Of a stretch of 64,000 nucleotides of DNA, positions 20,444-31,122 are shown piece after piece. The translations under genes and the position numbers were made by a program. The stretch covers positions 64,001 to 128,000 of the forward strand of contig CAWBHS010000072.1 of NCBI GenBank assembly GCA_963788655.1. Reading direction: 5' to 3'. This DNA comes from an uncultured Verrucomicrobiae bacterium (GTDB taxonomy: Bacteria; Verrucomicrobiota; Verrucomicrobiia; Limisphaerales; JAFGQR01). Positions within the stretch are counted from its first letter, which is position 1; the number at the start of each line of letters is the position of its first letter. The notes under the pieces are model-generated. The model saw only the letters and a list, made by a program, of their open reading frames with translations. It was not told the origin of the DNA and ran no database searches.

Positions 20444-20485
20444 GGGACGGTTGCAAAATGGTTAAGGGCGGCTCGCCGAGTCCAG

Positions 20486-20615
20486 GTAGGACAGGCGTCC
20501 CGCTTGTCCCGAAAGCACGAACCGGTTAAATTTTATCACAACTCGTCGGGTGAAAAGTGGAGCGTCTGAGGTGGTCCGGCTGGGCGAGGCTCGACAGCCG
20601 AGACGGCTGTCCTAC
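20486..20615. repeat. Inverted pair of GTAG-type REP palindromes between convergent genes
   Basis: GTAGGACAGGCGTCCCGCTTGTC ... GACAGCCGAGACGGCTGTCCTAC; same REP family as at ~9.6 kb and ~31 kb; overlaps the enolase stop codon. Confidence 0.75.
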
Positions 20616-21889
20616 GTAAGCGTATTCCGCCACTTCGCCATGGGTAATCCGGTTTCCGCTTCGATGGCCAGCAGGCGGTTGTATTTGCTCAAGCGTTCGG
20701 ATTGGGTGATGGAACCGATCTTGATTTGATCGCCCGCCCAACCGACCGCCAAGTCGGCCAGCCAATTGTCTTCCGTTTCGCCGCTACGCGCACTGATGGT
20801 CACCTGCCAACCGGCCGAACGCGCGCGTTGACTGGCTTCGAGCGCTTCGGTGAGCGTGCCGATTTGGTTCACCTTGAGCAACAGGGCCGAGGCGGCGTGG
20901 GTGTCGATGGCGCGACGTATACGGCGAGGATTGGTGCAAAGAAAATCGTCACCCAACACGAGCACCTCTTTTGGCAGTTGTCGGCTCAACTCGGGCCAGT
21001 GGTCCCAATCGTCCTCTGCCAATCCGTCTTCAACACTTACCATGGGATACTCCGCACACCAGCGTTTCAATTGGCGGATCATGCCCTGACTATCCAGCGG
21101 CGTTTCACCGAGATGGTAAAGTCCATCGCGGAAGAAATGACTCGAGGCCAGGTCCACGGCCAGCGCGACGTCCCGGCCGGGCTTGAACCCGGCGGCTGTG
21201 ATGGCGGCCACGGCATCTTCAAGCATGGCTTCCGCATTCGGAAACGGCGGTGCCTGACCGCCTTCATCAGCGCGCAGCAGGCGCATCCCATATTTCTTGC
21301 GGCAGAGATCTGCAGCCGAGTAGTAAACGGCAAAAGTCGTGGCCAGCGCTTCGTCCATGGTGCGGGCGGCAACCGGCACCACGAGCAAATCCTGGATTGG
21401 CACTTGCACGCCGGCGTGTTTGCCCCCGCTGAATAAGTTGATGGTAGGGCAGGGGAGTGATCGGAGTGGTTGTCCAGCTTCATTCGCAAAATGCAGATAT
21501 AATGGTATTCCACACTGGGCCGCCGCCGCCCGTGCAAACGCCAGTGAAACGGACAACAAGGCATTGGCGCCTAATCGGGACTTGTTCGGCGTGCCGTCCA
21601 GTTCGAGCATTGCCTGATCGAGCTGGGCTTGGTTTGTGAATGTCCGATCAGCCAGACTTTGGTTGAGCGTTTCGTTCACATTGGCCACCGCGCGGCGGCA
21701 GCCCAACCCGCGATAACGTTGTGGGTCACCATCGCGCAGTTCCAAAGCCTCGGCGCTACCGGTCGAAGCTCCCGAGGGCACCGAGGCAGTGCCGACGGCA
21801 CCGCTGCGCAAACGGCAGGTGGCCTGGACAGTGGGGCGGCCCCGGCTGTCCAGGATTTCGAGCGCGCTGAGTTTATCGATGGTCAACAT
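20612..21889 (-). CDS. eno: Enolase (phosphopyruvate hydratase), divergent copy
   Basis: EILDSRGRPTV, VPSGASTG..EALELRDGD, DGTPNKSRLGANA, DEGG, EDG, GDD, LKVNQIGTL, RSGETED, KYNRLL. Confidence 0.88.
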   Translation of the reverse strand: MLTIDKLSALEILDSRGRPTVQATCRLRSGAVGTASVPSGASTGSAEALELRDGDPQRYRGLGCRRAVANVNETLNQSLADRTFTNQAQLDQAMLELDGTPNKSRLGANALLSVSLAFARAAAAQCGIPLYLHFANEAGQPLRSLPCPTINLFSGGKHAGVQVPIQDLLVVPVAARTMDEALATTFAVYYSAADLCRKKYGMRLLRADEGGQAPPFPNAEAMLEDAVAAITAAGFKPGRDVALAVDLASSHFFRDGLYHLGETPLDSQGMIRQLKRWCAEYPMVSVEDGLAEDDWDHWPELSRQLPKEVLVLGDDFLCTNPRRIRRAIDTHAASALLLKVNQIGTLTEALEASQRARSAGWQVTISARSGETEDNWLADLAVGWAGDQIKIGSITQSERLSKYNRLLAIEAETGLPMAKWRNTLT

Positions 21890-21987
21890 GAGCAGAGACT
21901 ATCCGTTAGAGCGGAGTTTGAAAATCTGGAACCTTGCAGCCACTGACGGGAAGGTGGACCATTCGGCCACTTGGCGCCGGCCAATCC

Positions 21988-22140
21988 GCCTCCTCACATC
22001 GGCTGCTGCCTTTTTAAAATTACTCTCAACCTCCGTCTTAAAACTCCAGTCACCTCGTAGCAGCCGACGTAAGGAGGCTCTAATTCTCGAAACACCAACC
22101 TATTCACGATTAGCATGAGCCTCCTCACGTTGGCTGCTAC
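21988..22140. repeat. REP-like cluster of a second GTAG family
   Basis: GTAGCAGCCGACGTAAGGAGGCTC (22057-22080) inverted to GAGCCTCCTCACGTTGGCTGCTAC (22117-22140); partial third copy at 21988-22009. Confidence 0.75.
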
Positions 22141-22158
22141 CAATTTCCCAATAGGCTG

Positions 22159-23220
22159 TTAGTCCAGCCAACGAAGGAACATATCCCCCAGCCGTGGCGG
22201 CGGTTCGTTCAGCAAGGCACGCACCCGGCGTCGCTGTTGGTTGCGTTCGGCGGCGGTGAAATATTCCAGGGGCGACCGGCCATCCACGCGCGCCAGCAGG
22301 CAGGCCAGCGTATGCCGGACGGCACGCGCTTCCATCTCGGGTTGGCGTCCGATGGCACCCGCGGCTTTTTGATAGGCCTCCCAATAGCAACGGGCGGCCT
22401 CCATGAGCGGTTGGCGATGCGCCGGTAAATGAAACGCTTTGCTCAGCAAATGGGTGAGCGAAAAACCCAGGTCAAACGCCGGATCGCCCCAATGGATGAC
22501 CTCGTGATCGAGCAGGACCAGCCGGCCCTGAAACACCAGGATGTTTTTGGGACTGTAATCGCCATGCACGAGCGCGAGCCGCGTAGCCAGCGTTTCCTCG
22601 ATCAACCGGCCAAAGAAATCGGCGGTGTCCGGATTGCGCGCGGCGGTGAAACGGTAGTACGGCTCCAACCGTAACATCTCGAAAAACGTGCGGTCGCCGA
22701 ACACCGCGCTGAGTTCCTGAGCTCGATTCATGGACTGCCGGTGAATGGTACCCAGCAACCGACCGAATTGTTCCACCTGCCCGCGTTCGACGGTGCCCGC
22801 CAGCAGTTGGGTTTTCCAATTGGCATGCGGTTGGGGCACGGCCTGCATGGCCAGCAGGTATTGGGGACGATCTTCGAACAGCAACGGGGTAATGGTTCCC
22901 GGCGGCGCCAATCGGTTCAACCAATCGAGCCCCAGGGCCTCCCGATGAATGCGCGACGGATCGCAATACCAATCCTCTTTCACGCGCAGTTTGGACAGCG
23001 CCTGCTTCAGCACTATCCCGACCCCGTGACCGCGCTCGACCAGCACCGTGCGATTGGAGACGCCGCCTTTCAGGATGGTCATGCGCGGCGTTTCCGTCCC
23101 TCCGACGCGCCCCGTGTTCCGCAAGTACATCAGCAAGGCTTCCGGTTGTTCGATGTCCAAGTCCACGGGGCGAGTGAAGAGCAGATTTCGTGCAAAGGCG
23201 AGACTTTCGCGGCTCTGCAT
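22159..23220 (-). CDS. APH/choline-kinase-fold phosphotransferase (5-methylthioribose-kinase-like)
   Basis: LKGGVSN, VLKQAL.KLRV..DW, LVHGDYSPKNIL, LLDHE...GDPAFDLGF. Confidence 0.85.
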   Translation of the reverse strand: MQSRESLAFARNLLFTRPVDLDIEQPEALLMYLRNTGRVGGTETPRMTILKGGVSNRTVLVERGHGVGIVLKQALSKLRVKEDWYCDPSRIHREALGLDWLNRLAPPGTITPLLFEDRPQYLLAMQAVPQPHANWKTQLLAGTVERGQVEQFGRLLGTIHRQSMNRAQELSAVFGDRTFFEMLRLEPYYRFTAARNPDTADFFGRLIEETLATRLALVHGDYSPKNILVFQGRLVLLDHEVIHWGDPAFDLGFSLTHLLSKAFHLPAHRQPLMEAARCYWEAYQKAAGAIGRQPEMEARAVRHTLACLLARVDGRSPLEYFTAAERNQQRRRVRALLNEPPPRLGDMFLRWLD

Positions 23221-23320
23221 GGAGGGCGCCGCGCATTAGGGCCGCGAGCGTGAGGGAATGGTGGATATGCGCGGGAGCGAATTATCCCGCAAGCGTCGTC
23301 AGTGGGTTTGCTTTCCCAGT

Positions 23321-25958
23321 TCACCGCTGTTCCGCGACCGAATGTTGAAGCCGCTGGAGGCACTCCGCAATTTGCCGGCGTGCCGTAAGCAGCGTTTGCG
23401 GTTCGGCGGTGTAGGCCAGGTCTTCACGACAAACGTCATCATTGATTGCCAGCAATCGCTCGGCCGCGGCCACATCTTCCCCCTTGGCCTTCGCTTGCGT
23501 CGCGGCGTCGCGCAGCCGGGCGAGCATTTCGTAATCCTCGATGCCATCGCGCAGATTCTCCAGCCGGATCGAGGACCACACGGTGCCCTGCGGGCCGGGA
23601 TAGACGAGGTAACCATCGCCGTTGTAATTGCCAAAGGTGTTGGCCTGCCAGCCGGTTTCGATTTTGGTCAGGAAGGGTTGCTCCCCAAGTTGTTTCAAGT
23701 TCTTGCCCCAAGAGTTGGCCGACCAATATTCGAATCCGCTCACGCCCAGTTTCCAGCTCAGCCAGCCGATGATGCGCGCGTCCATGGCCGGATAATCCAC
23801 GAACAAATTCGGATGCGACGATGGATAGCAGCAGACCGCCCAAATCACGTCGTCGCCCGCCCGCTGGCGTTGGAGGACACCGCTGCGGTGGAATTGTCCA
23901 ATGTACACGTCCCAAAGGTCCGCGAAACCCGCCAGCGCCGCCACACCTTTGGGTTCATTGAGACATTGCATCACCGCCACGTCCGGCACCGCGGACTTTA
24001 CCATTAGATAATTGGTCTGGCACGCCGGCCATTGACTGGCCGGGGCTTCATCAATGTTGTACACGTGTCCGAGCTTCAGCCAATCACGATCACGCAGGTG
24101 GGCGGTGTATGCAGTCAGGAATTTCGAAAATCGCGCGGCGTAATCGGCGGGGTACAGACTTGGGGAATCCGAACTTCCCCAGCTTCGGAAAGCGGGCGAT
24201 GGTAAAAATGTTCATGCCGCGCGCCAGACAATACTCCGCTACTTGGTCGGCGGCGGCGAAATCCCACTGGCCGTTTTGAAAGAGAACCGGCTTTTGCGGC
24301 GCGTCCCAACTCCAGCCCAACATGACGTAAGCCGGACTGAGCCGGTTGGCTAATAAGCGGTCGATAAACGCGTTCGACCGCCCACCATCAACCACCATCG
24401 CGCGGAACTTGCCGGGTGTGGGCAACGTGAAATCCCAAACCGTCACCGCGATGTCCACGGTAGTCGCCGGAGTACCGTCTGCCTTCAAAGTGAGTGTGCC
24501 CCGGTATTCGCCCGGCGGCGCGTTGGTCGGCGCATGCACCGTTACCCAGAGCGGTTGCACCCGGCCCGCTGGAACGTCCACTTGCGGCAGTTGCAAGAGT
24601 GGATCGGGCCAAAGCCCAACGTAGGCCGCGCTGTATTTGTCCGGGCTGACGGTATTGACGTAGCCAACCTGGCGCACGGTGACATTGGTGTTGGCGATGA
24701 CATCGCCAGCGGAGCGTAGATCGGAAACTTTCGCCGTCAGACCGCGCAAATCACGGTTCACGTTGGCGATGACGAGTTGGGCGCCTTCGTATTCGTTGCG
24801 GGCCAGTTCCAATCGCAGCGATTGCCCGAATGCGCCGGCATACGGAACATCCCGACGGATTTTTTCCAGAGTGGTCGCAATTCCGATTTGATACGCCACG
24901 TCGTCACGCGTCAGACGGAATTCCCCGTCCGCTTCCATCCAGTCACTCGTGGCGCCCTGCCCATCGCGCGCTCGCAAGCGCAGTCGATAGCCTCCGCCAA
25001 CTGACAAGCTGGTCGTGTTCCAGCGATATTCGGTTCCGGTCACGCCTCGAGCCACCGGCGTCCAGGCACCGGTGGCGGATTTCACTTCGAGATCGAACAC
25101 CACGGCATCGCCGTTCGGATCGGCGGGATTCAGCGTCCGCCAACGCAAAACATGTTCCCGTCCGATGGTCGTATCGCGAAAGCGCCCTCCCATACCGGCG
25201 CGTAGGGCGGCAAATTCCCAGCGAAACAGTAAGTGATTTCCAATCGCGGACGATCGCCGACGTTGCCGAAGTCTGCACGCGCGGAACTTGATTCCGTAGT
25301 TACCCTTGTCGCCGCGCGACGAATCGCGCTCCGCCACGCGCAGGACCAGACCCTGGTTCGTGGCGGGATTTTGCAGCCAGGACTGCACGGTTTCCGGACG
25401 CAGTTTCCAGGTGATCCATGACGGGCGCGGCGTCTTCTCGCCTTCCTTAAACCGGTCGCCGTAAATGACCGCCGTGGATTCAGATTCGGGAGCGATGTGA
25501 TCGAGCGTGCCATCCAACGACCGGTTCAGGGCAACGTGATAAACATTCACTGACCACCACTCGTCGTAATAGCGCAAGGAGAGGGTTGCGGAAGTGATCT
25601 TCACGCCGTTGCCCGGAATGACCTGTTCCAGGTCGGCAAACCGAATGAAATGGCGATAGTCCGGACTGGGATATTTCGGATTGGTGGATTTCCGATCATC
25701 CATCAACTTGAGACGGCCTTCCGTGCCATCATCCAATGCGCCGGAATAACCGTTCAGTCCGTTCTGAAAAATGACCGTGGCCTGCCCGGCTTTGGCGGGT
25801 GGCAACAGGACCGCGAGCATTGCTACCGCCATCACGCCGAGGACAAACGATATCCGGGCAGCGCGCCTCGTGGCGGGCAGCCAGCAGAAATGCCGGTGAG
25901 CAAAACTGGTTCTACGTCGTTCCCTCGAAGCTTGAAGTAAAGATTGTTCGTTTTGCAT
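23321..25958 (-). CDS. Secreted multidomain GH123/DUF4091-like glycoside hydrolase; frameshifts near 24150 and 25200-25280
   Basis: Signal peptide; LARNEYEGAQL, WPDPLL, QPLWVTVHAP..APPGEYRGTL, VTVWDFTLP; C-terminal YNIDE, GFEYWS, NGDGYLVYPG, SSIRLENLRDGIEDYE. Confidence 0.78.
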
Positions 25959-26183
25959 GGAGGTGTGTTAATCCTATTCACTGAATCTGTCCAACCGAGA
26001 GTCTGCTTCACCGGTGGCTTTGGCACCTTTGTCCAATTGCTCGGGGGTGCCCCATTTCCAGTAGATCACCAACGTGGCAATCTTACCCTGACGGACGTGG
26101 CCCCCCACGCGCAGGGTCGGCTCGGCCGGCGGTTGCCCAGTTCACGAAAAGTTAGCACCTAGCCCCCTTGCGAGGCCGCAGGC

Positions 26184-26450
26184 TTAGCGAATACCTAAAC
26201 ACCGTGAGGCTGGTCGGCCAAACAGAACATACCGGATGTCGGTCAGTGTGCCGCTGCCCGGAATGGAATTCAGTCCATAACCAAACGCAGTGAACAGATT
26301 GCCGGGATTCGTTTGGATAACCGGCGTCTGCCGGAGCGTCACGTAGTCGCCATAACAGGTGGTTCCAACGTTACTGGCGATTGTTAAATACCCTACAAAA
26401 TCCCCCCAGAAACCAACCACGTGATTTCCATAATTGCCGTTGGGCGTTTT
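26184..26450 (-). pseudogene. C-terminal remnant of an uncharacterised protein
   Basis: Protein-like stretch NGNYGNHVVGFWGDF...YGDYVTLRQ...FTAFGYG...RYVLFGR with no convincing start, in a lower-GC gap. Confidence 0.35.
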
Positions 26451-26977
26451 AAGAATACGCCGAATTGGACGAAAGTTCCCGTGATGATTGATCGGCGTGT
26501 CGATGATGGCGGCTGTTCCCCTGGCTCAGCTTTGGCCGCCAGCGAAAGTATTGCCCGTACGCGCAGATTCTGACATGACGAACTCGGGCCATCGCTGGGC
26601 GGGTCCATTTTTTTGGTCATTCCAGCGGTAGTGGTTTTCTTTATCATGTTCCATTAAATGGACCGCTGATCGGCAACCAGTCTTTATCAAACAGCGCAAT
26701 TTCTCACTCGCACTCATCCTATGATCTGTGAGGGTCGTCCACTCGCAAATTGTTCATGGTTAACCAGTTTTGCCATTGGGCGAAGTCGGAGGTGACGCCG
26801 GGTGATCATTGAATCCGCGAATCCCAAATCCATCCTCATTGAATAACGCAGAAGCAAATGGAATCCAATGGTTCACGAACTGAACCAACAAAGTCCTTGC
26901 TCCGGGCCTGCGCCTGCGGGTAATAGTATGGAACATGCTCCCCTTCGTGTGAAGTGGCTGGGCAGCTAGTTGTAACG

Positions 26978-27850
26978 ATGTTGAAGTATTGGAATTATCA
27001 AACTGGCGGGCTCCTGCTGGCGGCGGCAACGCTGCTCGTGGGCAGTTCGTCGTTCGGCAAGGATCTCGAACCGGAAGATCTGTATGCGCAACTGCTCCCG
27101 TCGGTGGTTACCTTGAAGGTCCGGAACGGCCAGGGAGAACATTTCACCGGCGCGGGCTTTTTGGCGTTGGCCCAGGACACCGCCGTTACCGCCTGGCACG
27201 TCGTGAGCGACGCGGTCTGCGTGACCGCCCAGTTTGCCAATGGCGATGAACGCGAAGTCCTCGGCGTGGTGGACAAAAGCACACTGCACGACCTGGCGTT
27301 GCTCAAATTGAGCAGCCGCGACCACCCGCTCACTCGCCTGGCCCAAACCGCCCCGCGCATTGGGGCCCGGGTGTACGTCATTGGCGCTCCGAAAGGCTTC
27401 AGTTTCAGTATTGCCGACGGCCTGGTCAGCCAAATCCAAACCGTGGACGGCTTCCCTCAATACCAGGTGTCGTGCCCCTTCTCCACCGGCAATAGCGGCG
27501 GTCCCCTCGTCAACGAGCAAGGCGAGGTCATTGGCGTTGCTTCCTGGAGCAAACTTGGCGCGCAAAATCTCAATTTTGCCGTCCCGGTTGAACTCATCGC
27601 GAAGTTGAATCCCCTTCATGAGGTGGTTCCCTGGGCCCAAGTGACCCTCCGGGAATCCCCGCCGAACGAACCGCAATTGCCTCCCGCCCTGGACGGCCTG
27701 GCCATCACCAGCGCCGCCGACAACTTGGCCGCCCAACCGGAGTTGAAGGCGTTACAGAAAGTGCTCAAAGCCGCCGGGGGTAAACCCATCACCCTTGTGG
27801 TGCGGCAGGATCAAATGGAGCAAACGTTCCACTTCATCATGCCGCGATAG
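26978..27850 (+). CDS. Secreted trypsin-like (S1C) serine protease without PDZ domain
   Basis: Signal peptide; triad motifs TAWHV, HDLALL, GNSGGP; QNLNFAVP. Confidence 0.88.
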   Translation: MLKYWNYQTGGLLLAAATLLVGSSSFGKDLEPEDLYAQLLPSVVTLKVRNGQGEHFTGAGFLALAQDTAVTAWHVVSDAVCVTAQFANGDEREVLGVVDKSTLHDLALLKLSSRDHPLTRLAQTAPRIGARVYVIGAPKGFSFSIADGLVSQIQTVDGFPQYQVSCPFSTGNSGGPLVNEQGEVIGVASWSKLGAQNLNFAVPVELIAKLNPLHEVVPWAQVTLRESPPNEPQLPPALDGLAITSAADNLAAQPELKALQKVLKAAGGKPITLVVRQDQMEQTFHFIMPR

Positions 27851-28338
27851 TCACCCGTCGCCGCGGTCGTCGTCCCAGGAATCGCTGCCGTTCACCGTGG
27901 CTGGTGTTGGCTTGGGCTGGTCATTGCAACCGGGCCGTTGGGTTCAACTACGAACCGACACAGCCGTGAAAACCCTCCATTCTCCCACCCGCAGGCCAAA
28001 ATTGTCCAGTGACAGTCATCAGTATCAGTAAATCCATCCCCTGCCTCCAGCCCTCCGGCATCTGGCATTAAGAATCCGGCATCCCGTTTCCCCTCATTCT
28101 CAGCCATCCTTGCCAACCAGTTTCGGCAGGTCTGCAAATTGCAACTCTCGTGAAAGCGCCTTCTGCATTCTGCAAGTGGCGTTCGGTCGAGCCGCGCCGC
28201 GACAATTCGCCGGAAGCTGCTATTTTTCAATTGCTTATCAAGCGTTTCATATCGTTGGCATTTGGGAAGCTCATTGTGGGTTTAGAATGAATGACGGTCT
28301 TCGGTCGCATTCGACGAAGCGAAGGCCAGTGAAAATGA

Positions 28339-29505
28339 ATGACAACTGACACGACAGAAAGGATTCACATGACGAAGCAAAACAGAACACTGGTGACCGC
28401 GCTAAGCGCCCTGACGTTGTGCGCGGGCACATGGGTTTACGGGGCGACGAGTGACACCTCGCAATCCCCGATGAAGAATCAGGAACAACAAAGCCAAGGG
28501 CAAGAAAACCAAAATCGCCTGGCGGGCTCAATCAGCAGCCAACCGGTGCAATGCACGCGGGCCAGTGAATTGATTGGCCAGAATGTCTATGGCAGTGCCG
28601 GCAAGAAACTGGGGGACGTGGAAGATCTGGCCATTGACACGCAACACCATCGCGTGGCTGCCGTAATCGTCGGCCGCGGGGGGATTTTAGGAATCGGCGA
28701 AAAACTGTGCGCCGTACCCCCGGAATCGCTCAACCATGTGACGCGTCCGGAGACAATCCCGGCCGCGCCGCGCAATTCCAATGAAACCCCACCGACGGAA
28801 ATGCAATCGCGACTCACGTTGAACATGACTCAGACCCAGCTCCAACAGGCACCGGCTTTTGCCTGGAACAATGGCGATTACGGCAAGGAACTGGCGGCTG
28901 ATTACCGTCTTTTCAACCAGACTGCTTACTGGCAGCAAACCGACACGTCACGCCAATACGTGCGAAATCCCGAAACGGAGAACACCCCGACTCCCGCCCA
29001 ACCAAAGCAGGAATACGGCGAAAGGGGCAGTGGACACCAAGCTGGCGCAATGATGTCGCATGAGCTTCGGTTGAGCAAAGCCAGCGGCTTGATGGGCAAA
29101 GCCGTCCACGACAGCCAAGGGGAGAAAGTGGGCGACCTTAAAGACTTCGCAGTCGATCTGCGTTCGGGACGAATTGTCCTGGCCGTAATCGGCAGTGGCG
29201 GAGTGGTTGGGATAGGTGAAACGTTGCACGCCGTCCCGCCAAGCCAGATCCAATGGATTGCCAAGGACCAACCGCTGCAATTGAACGTTTCGAAGGCGAA
29301 GTTCGATGGTTCACCGCAATTCAAGACGGACGATTGGGCGCAATTGAACAATCGCCAGTGGACGCAGCAAGTGTACAGCTACTACAACCAGACTCCCTTC
29401 TGGAACTCGTCCGCACGCCAACCGGTGCGGCATCACGACTTGAATGACCAAAACCTCAATCAGCAGCAGAATTTGATTCCGGACAATAACAATCAACAAA
29501 AGTGA
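28339..29505 (+). CDS. Secreted protein with two PRC-barrel domains
   Basis: Signal peptide; duplicated module RASELIGQNVY...LGDVEDLAID...GGILGIGEKLCAVP and KASGLMGKAVH...VGDLKDFAVD...GGVVGIGETLHAVP. Confidence 0.88.
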   Translation: MTTDTTERIHMTKQNRTLVTALSALTLCAGTWVYGATSDTSQSPMKNQEQQSQGQENQNRLAGSISSQPVQCTRASELIGQNVYGSAGKKLGDVEDLAIDTQHHRVAAVIVGRGGILGIGEKLCAVPPESLNHVTRPETIPAAPRNSNETPPTEMQSRLTLNMTQTQLQQAPAFAWNNGDYGKELAADYRLFNQTAYWQQTDTSRQYVRNPETENTPTPAQPKQEYGERGSGHQAGAMMSHELRLSKASGLMGKAVHDSQGEKVGDLKDFAVDLRSGRIVLAVIGSGGVVGIGETLHAVPPSQIQWIAKDQPLQLNVSKAKFDGSPQFKTDDWAQLNNRQWTQQVYSYYNQTPFWNSSARQPVRHHDLNDQNLNQQQNLIPDNNNQQK

Positions 29506-29613
29506 GGTCACGGCAAGGCAACGAGTCCTTTCGTCTTGCGAACGGACTTGAACCTTGCCCCCGCGCCGACCCAGGGTACCCTTTACCCTCCGTTGGCTTT
29601 GGGGAAACTGGGC

Positions 29614-29649
29614 AGGCTGGCGTCCCCTTTGGGACGCCGGCCTCTTTTT
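29614..29649 (+). terminator. Intrinsic terminator
   Basis: AGGCTGGCGTCCC-CTTT-GGGACGCCGGCCT followed by CTTTTT. Confidence 0.75.
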
Positions 29650-29746
29650 GGCACCGTCGTCACTGGTCCGGTCCTGGAAGGCTCCCGTTCAAAAATGATT
29701 CGAGCCGAATTCAGGCGCCCGGACCGAGCCTTGAAAGTTGTCCGCC

Positions 29747-30718
29747 TCACCCCATCATAGCGTCCACGTTTTCCAGTGGCGTGCGCGCCGGGATGTCACA
29801 GCCGGAGGAGAGGACGAAGTTCCGGTACGCCGCGGTGTCGGTTCGTAGCTTTTCCGCGGTGGTGCGTATTTCCGCTGGCGTGGATTGGAGCAACACCCGC
29901 GTCGGATCAAGGTTGCCACAGACGATGACGTCCGGTCCTGCTTTGGCCAGTGCGGCGACGACGTCCATCGGCGGACCGAAGTGCATTACTTTCGCGCCGG
30001 TTTCGAGGATGCACGGCAGATGCACCAGCTTGGCTGCACAATTGTGATAGACGAGATTGAACTGCGCATCGTCCACGGCGGTGACGATCTGCCGAATGTA
30101 GGTGGAAGAATAGGCGGCCAGGGAACGGGGCGAGAGCAGACCCGCGGTCGGTTCGGCCATGATGACGCCATCAGCACCCGCCGCTTTGAAGGCTTGCGCG
30201 TAGGCCGTCAGGAATCGCGTGGTTTTGTCGAGCAGGAGATGCATCAGATCCGGATCTTCCATGGTCAGTTCCAGCGATTCACTGACGCCATACAAACGTC
30301 CCGCCAACGAAAAGGGGCCAATCATGCCGGCGAGCACGAAGGGCTGCTCCGGCAGCGTTTTCAAACGGCGCACGGTTTCCAGATACACTGTCCCGCGTCC
30401 GGCGGCGGGATCGGGAATCGGCAACTTTTGCGTGGCTTCGAGAGTCGTTACCAATCGCCCCACCACGGTCGGCGGATCGTCATCATTCATCATCAACTCG
30501 CAGCCAAACGTTTCCGCTTCGACGCTGAGATCCATGCAGGTCTGGACGACTGGCAACCGGTAGCGTTGGTGCAGCGCGGCCTGGGCTTCGTATTGCGCTG
30601 TGGCATCAGTCACCAAGTCCCGCACCCGCACACCAGTAAGCATTGCGCCGGGATAAGTGAGCACAGGCAAGGTCAGCCGTTCCGACCGTTGGATGATGTA
30701 ATCGGTGAATTGACTCAT
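29747..30718 (-). CDS. Uroporphyrinogen-decarboxylase-fold protein, MtaA/CmuA methyltransferase type
   Basis: DLSVEAETFG, GPFSLA, AGADGVIMAEP, YHNC (HxC Zn motif), GNLDP, LSSGCD. Confidence 0.82.
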   Translation of the reverse strand: MSQFTDYIIQRSERLTLPVLTYPGAMLTGVRVRDLVTDATAQYEAQAALHQRYRLPVVQTCMDLSVEAETFGCELMMNDDDPPTVVGRLVTTLEATQKLPIPDPAAGRGTVYLETVRRLKTLPEQPFVLAGMIGPFSLAGRLYGVSESLELTMEDPDLMHLLLDKTTRFLTAYAQAFKAAGADGVIMAEPTAGLLSPRSLAAYSSTYIRQIVTAVDDAQFNLVYHNCAAKLVHLPCILETGAKVMHFGPPMDVVAALAKAGPDVIVCGNLDPTRVLLQSTPAEIRTTAEKLRTDTAAYRNFVLSSGCDIPARTPLENVDAMMG

Positions 30719-30928
30719 GCAAGATCGGACAAGCTCATAAGGCCAGTGGCGCGCGAGGGCAAGCCTGGAAATTTCAGTTGCTGCCCGCCACGTCGGCTTG
30801 CTGGCTTGCCGCAGCAGATTCCCAAGCGCACGGCCACTCCAGCCAACCGCCAGCCTATCGATTGAAAGTACGCGAGGTGAAGATGGCTTGGCAATTCCAA
30901 TCGACCAATAAAGGTTCGTAGCGGCTTA

Positions 30929-31122
30929 GCCGTATCAATTCAGTAGCTGGTGCTGCGATGAGGCAGTTCGGCGTGGTAGGACAGGCGTCTCGCCTGTCTC
31001 GAATAGCCCAAGGCATCCTCACCGTTTGATGACATAGAAATACTCGCGGCGCCGTGATACAAGTTGTTGGTTTGCACTCGTTCGGGACAGGCGGGACGCC
31101 TGTCCTACTGAATAGTCACGGC
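30929..31122. mobile_element. 194-bp REP-containing MITE-like element, copy 2
   Basis: Imperfect terminal inverted repeats GCCGTATCAATTCAGTAG / CTACTGAATAGTCACGGC, TTA on both flanks (30926-30928, 31123-31125), internal GTAG-REP pair. Confidence 0.75.

Noticed and set aside
28256..28271. Possible sigma54 promoter TGGCAT-TTGGG-AAGC upstream of the PRC-barrel gene
   Set aside because: Spacing is right but the -12 element is poor; too weak to call
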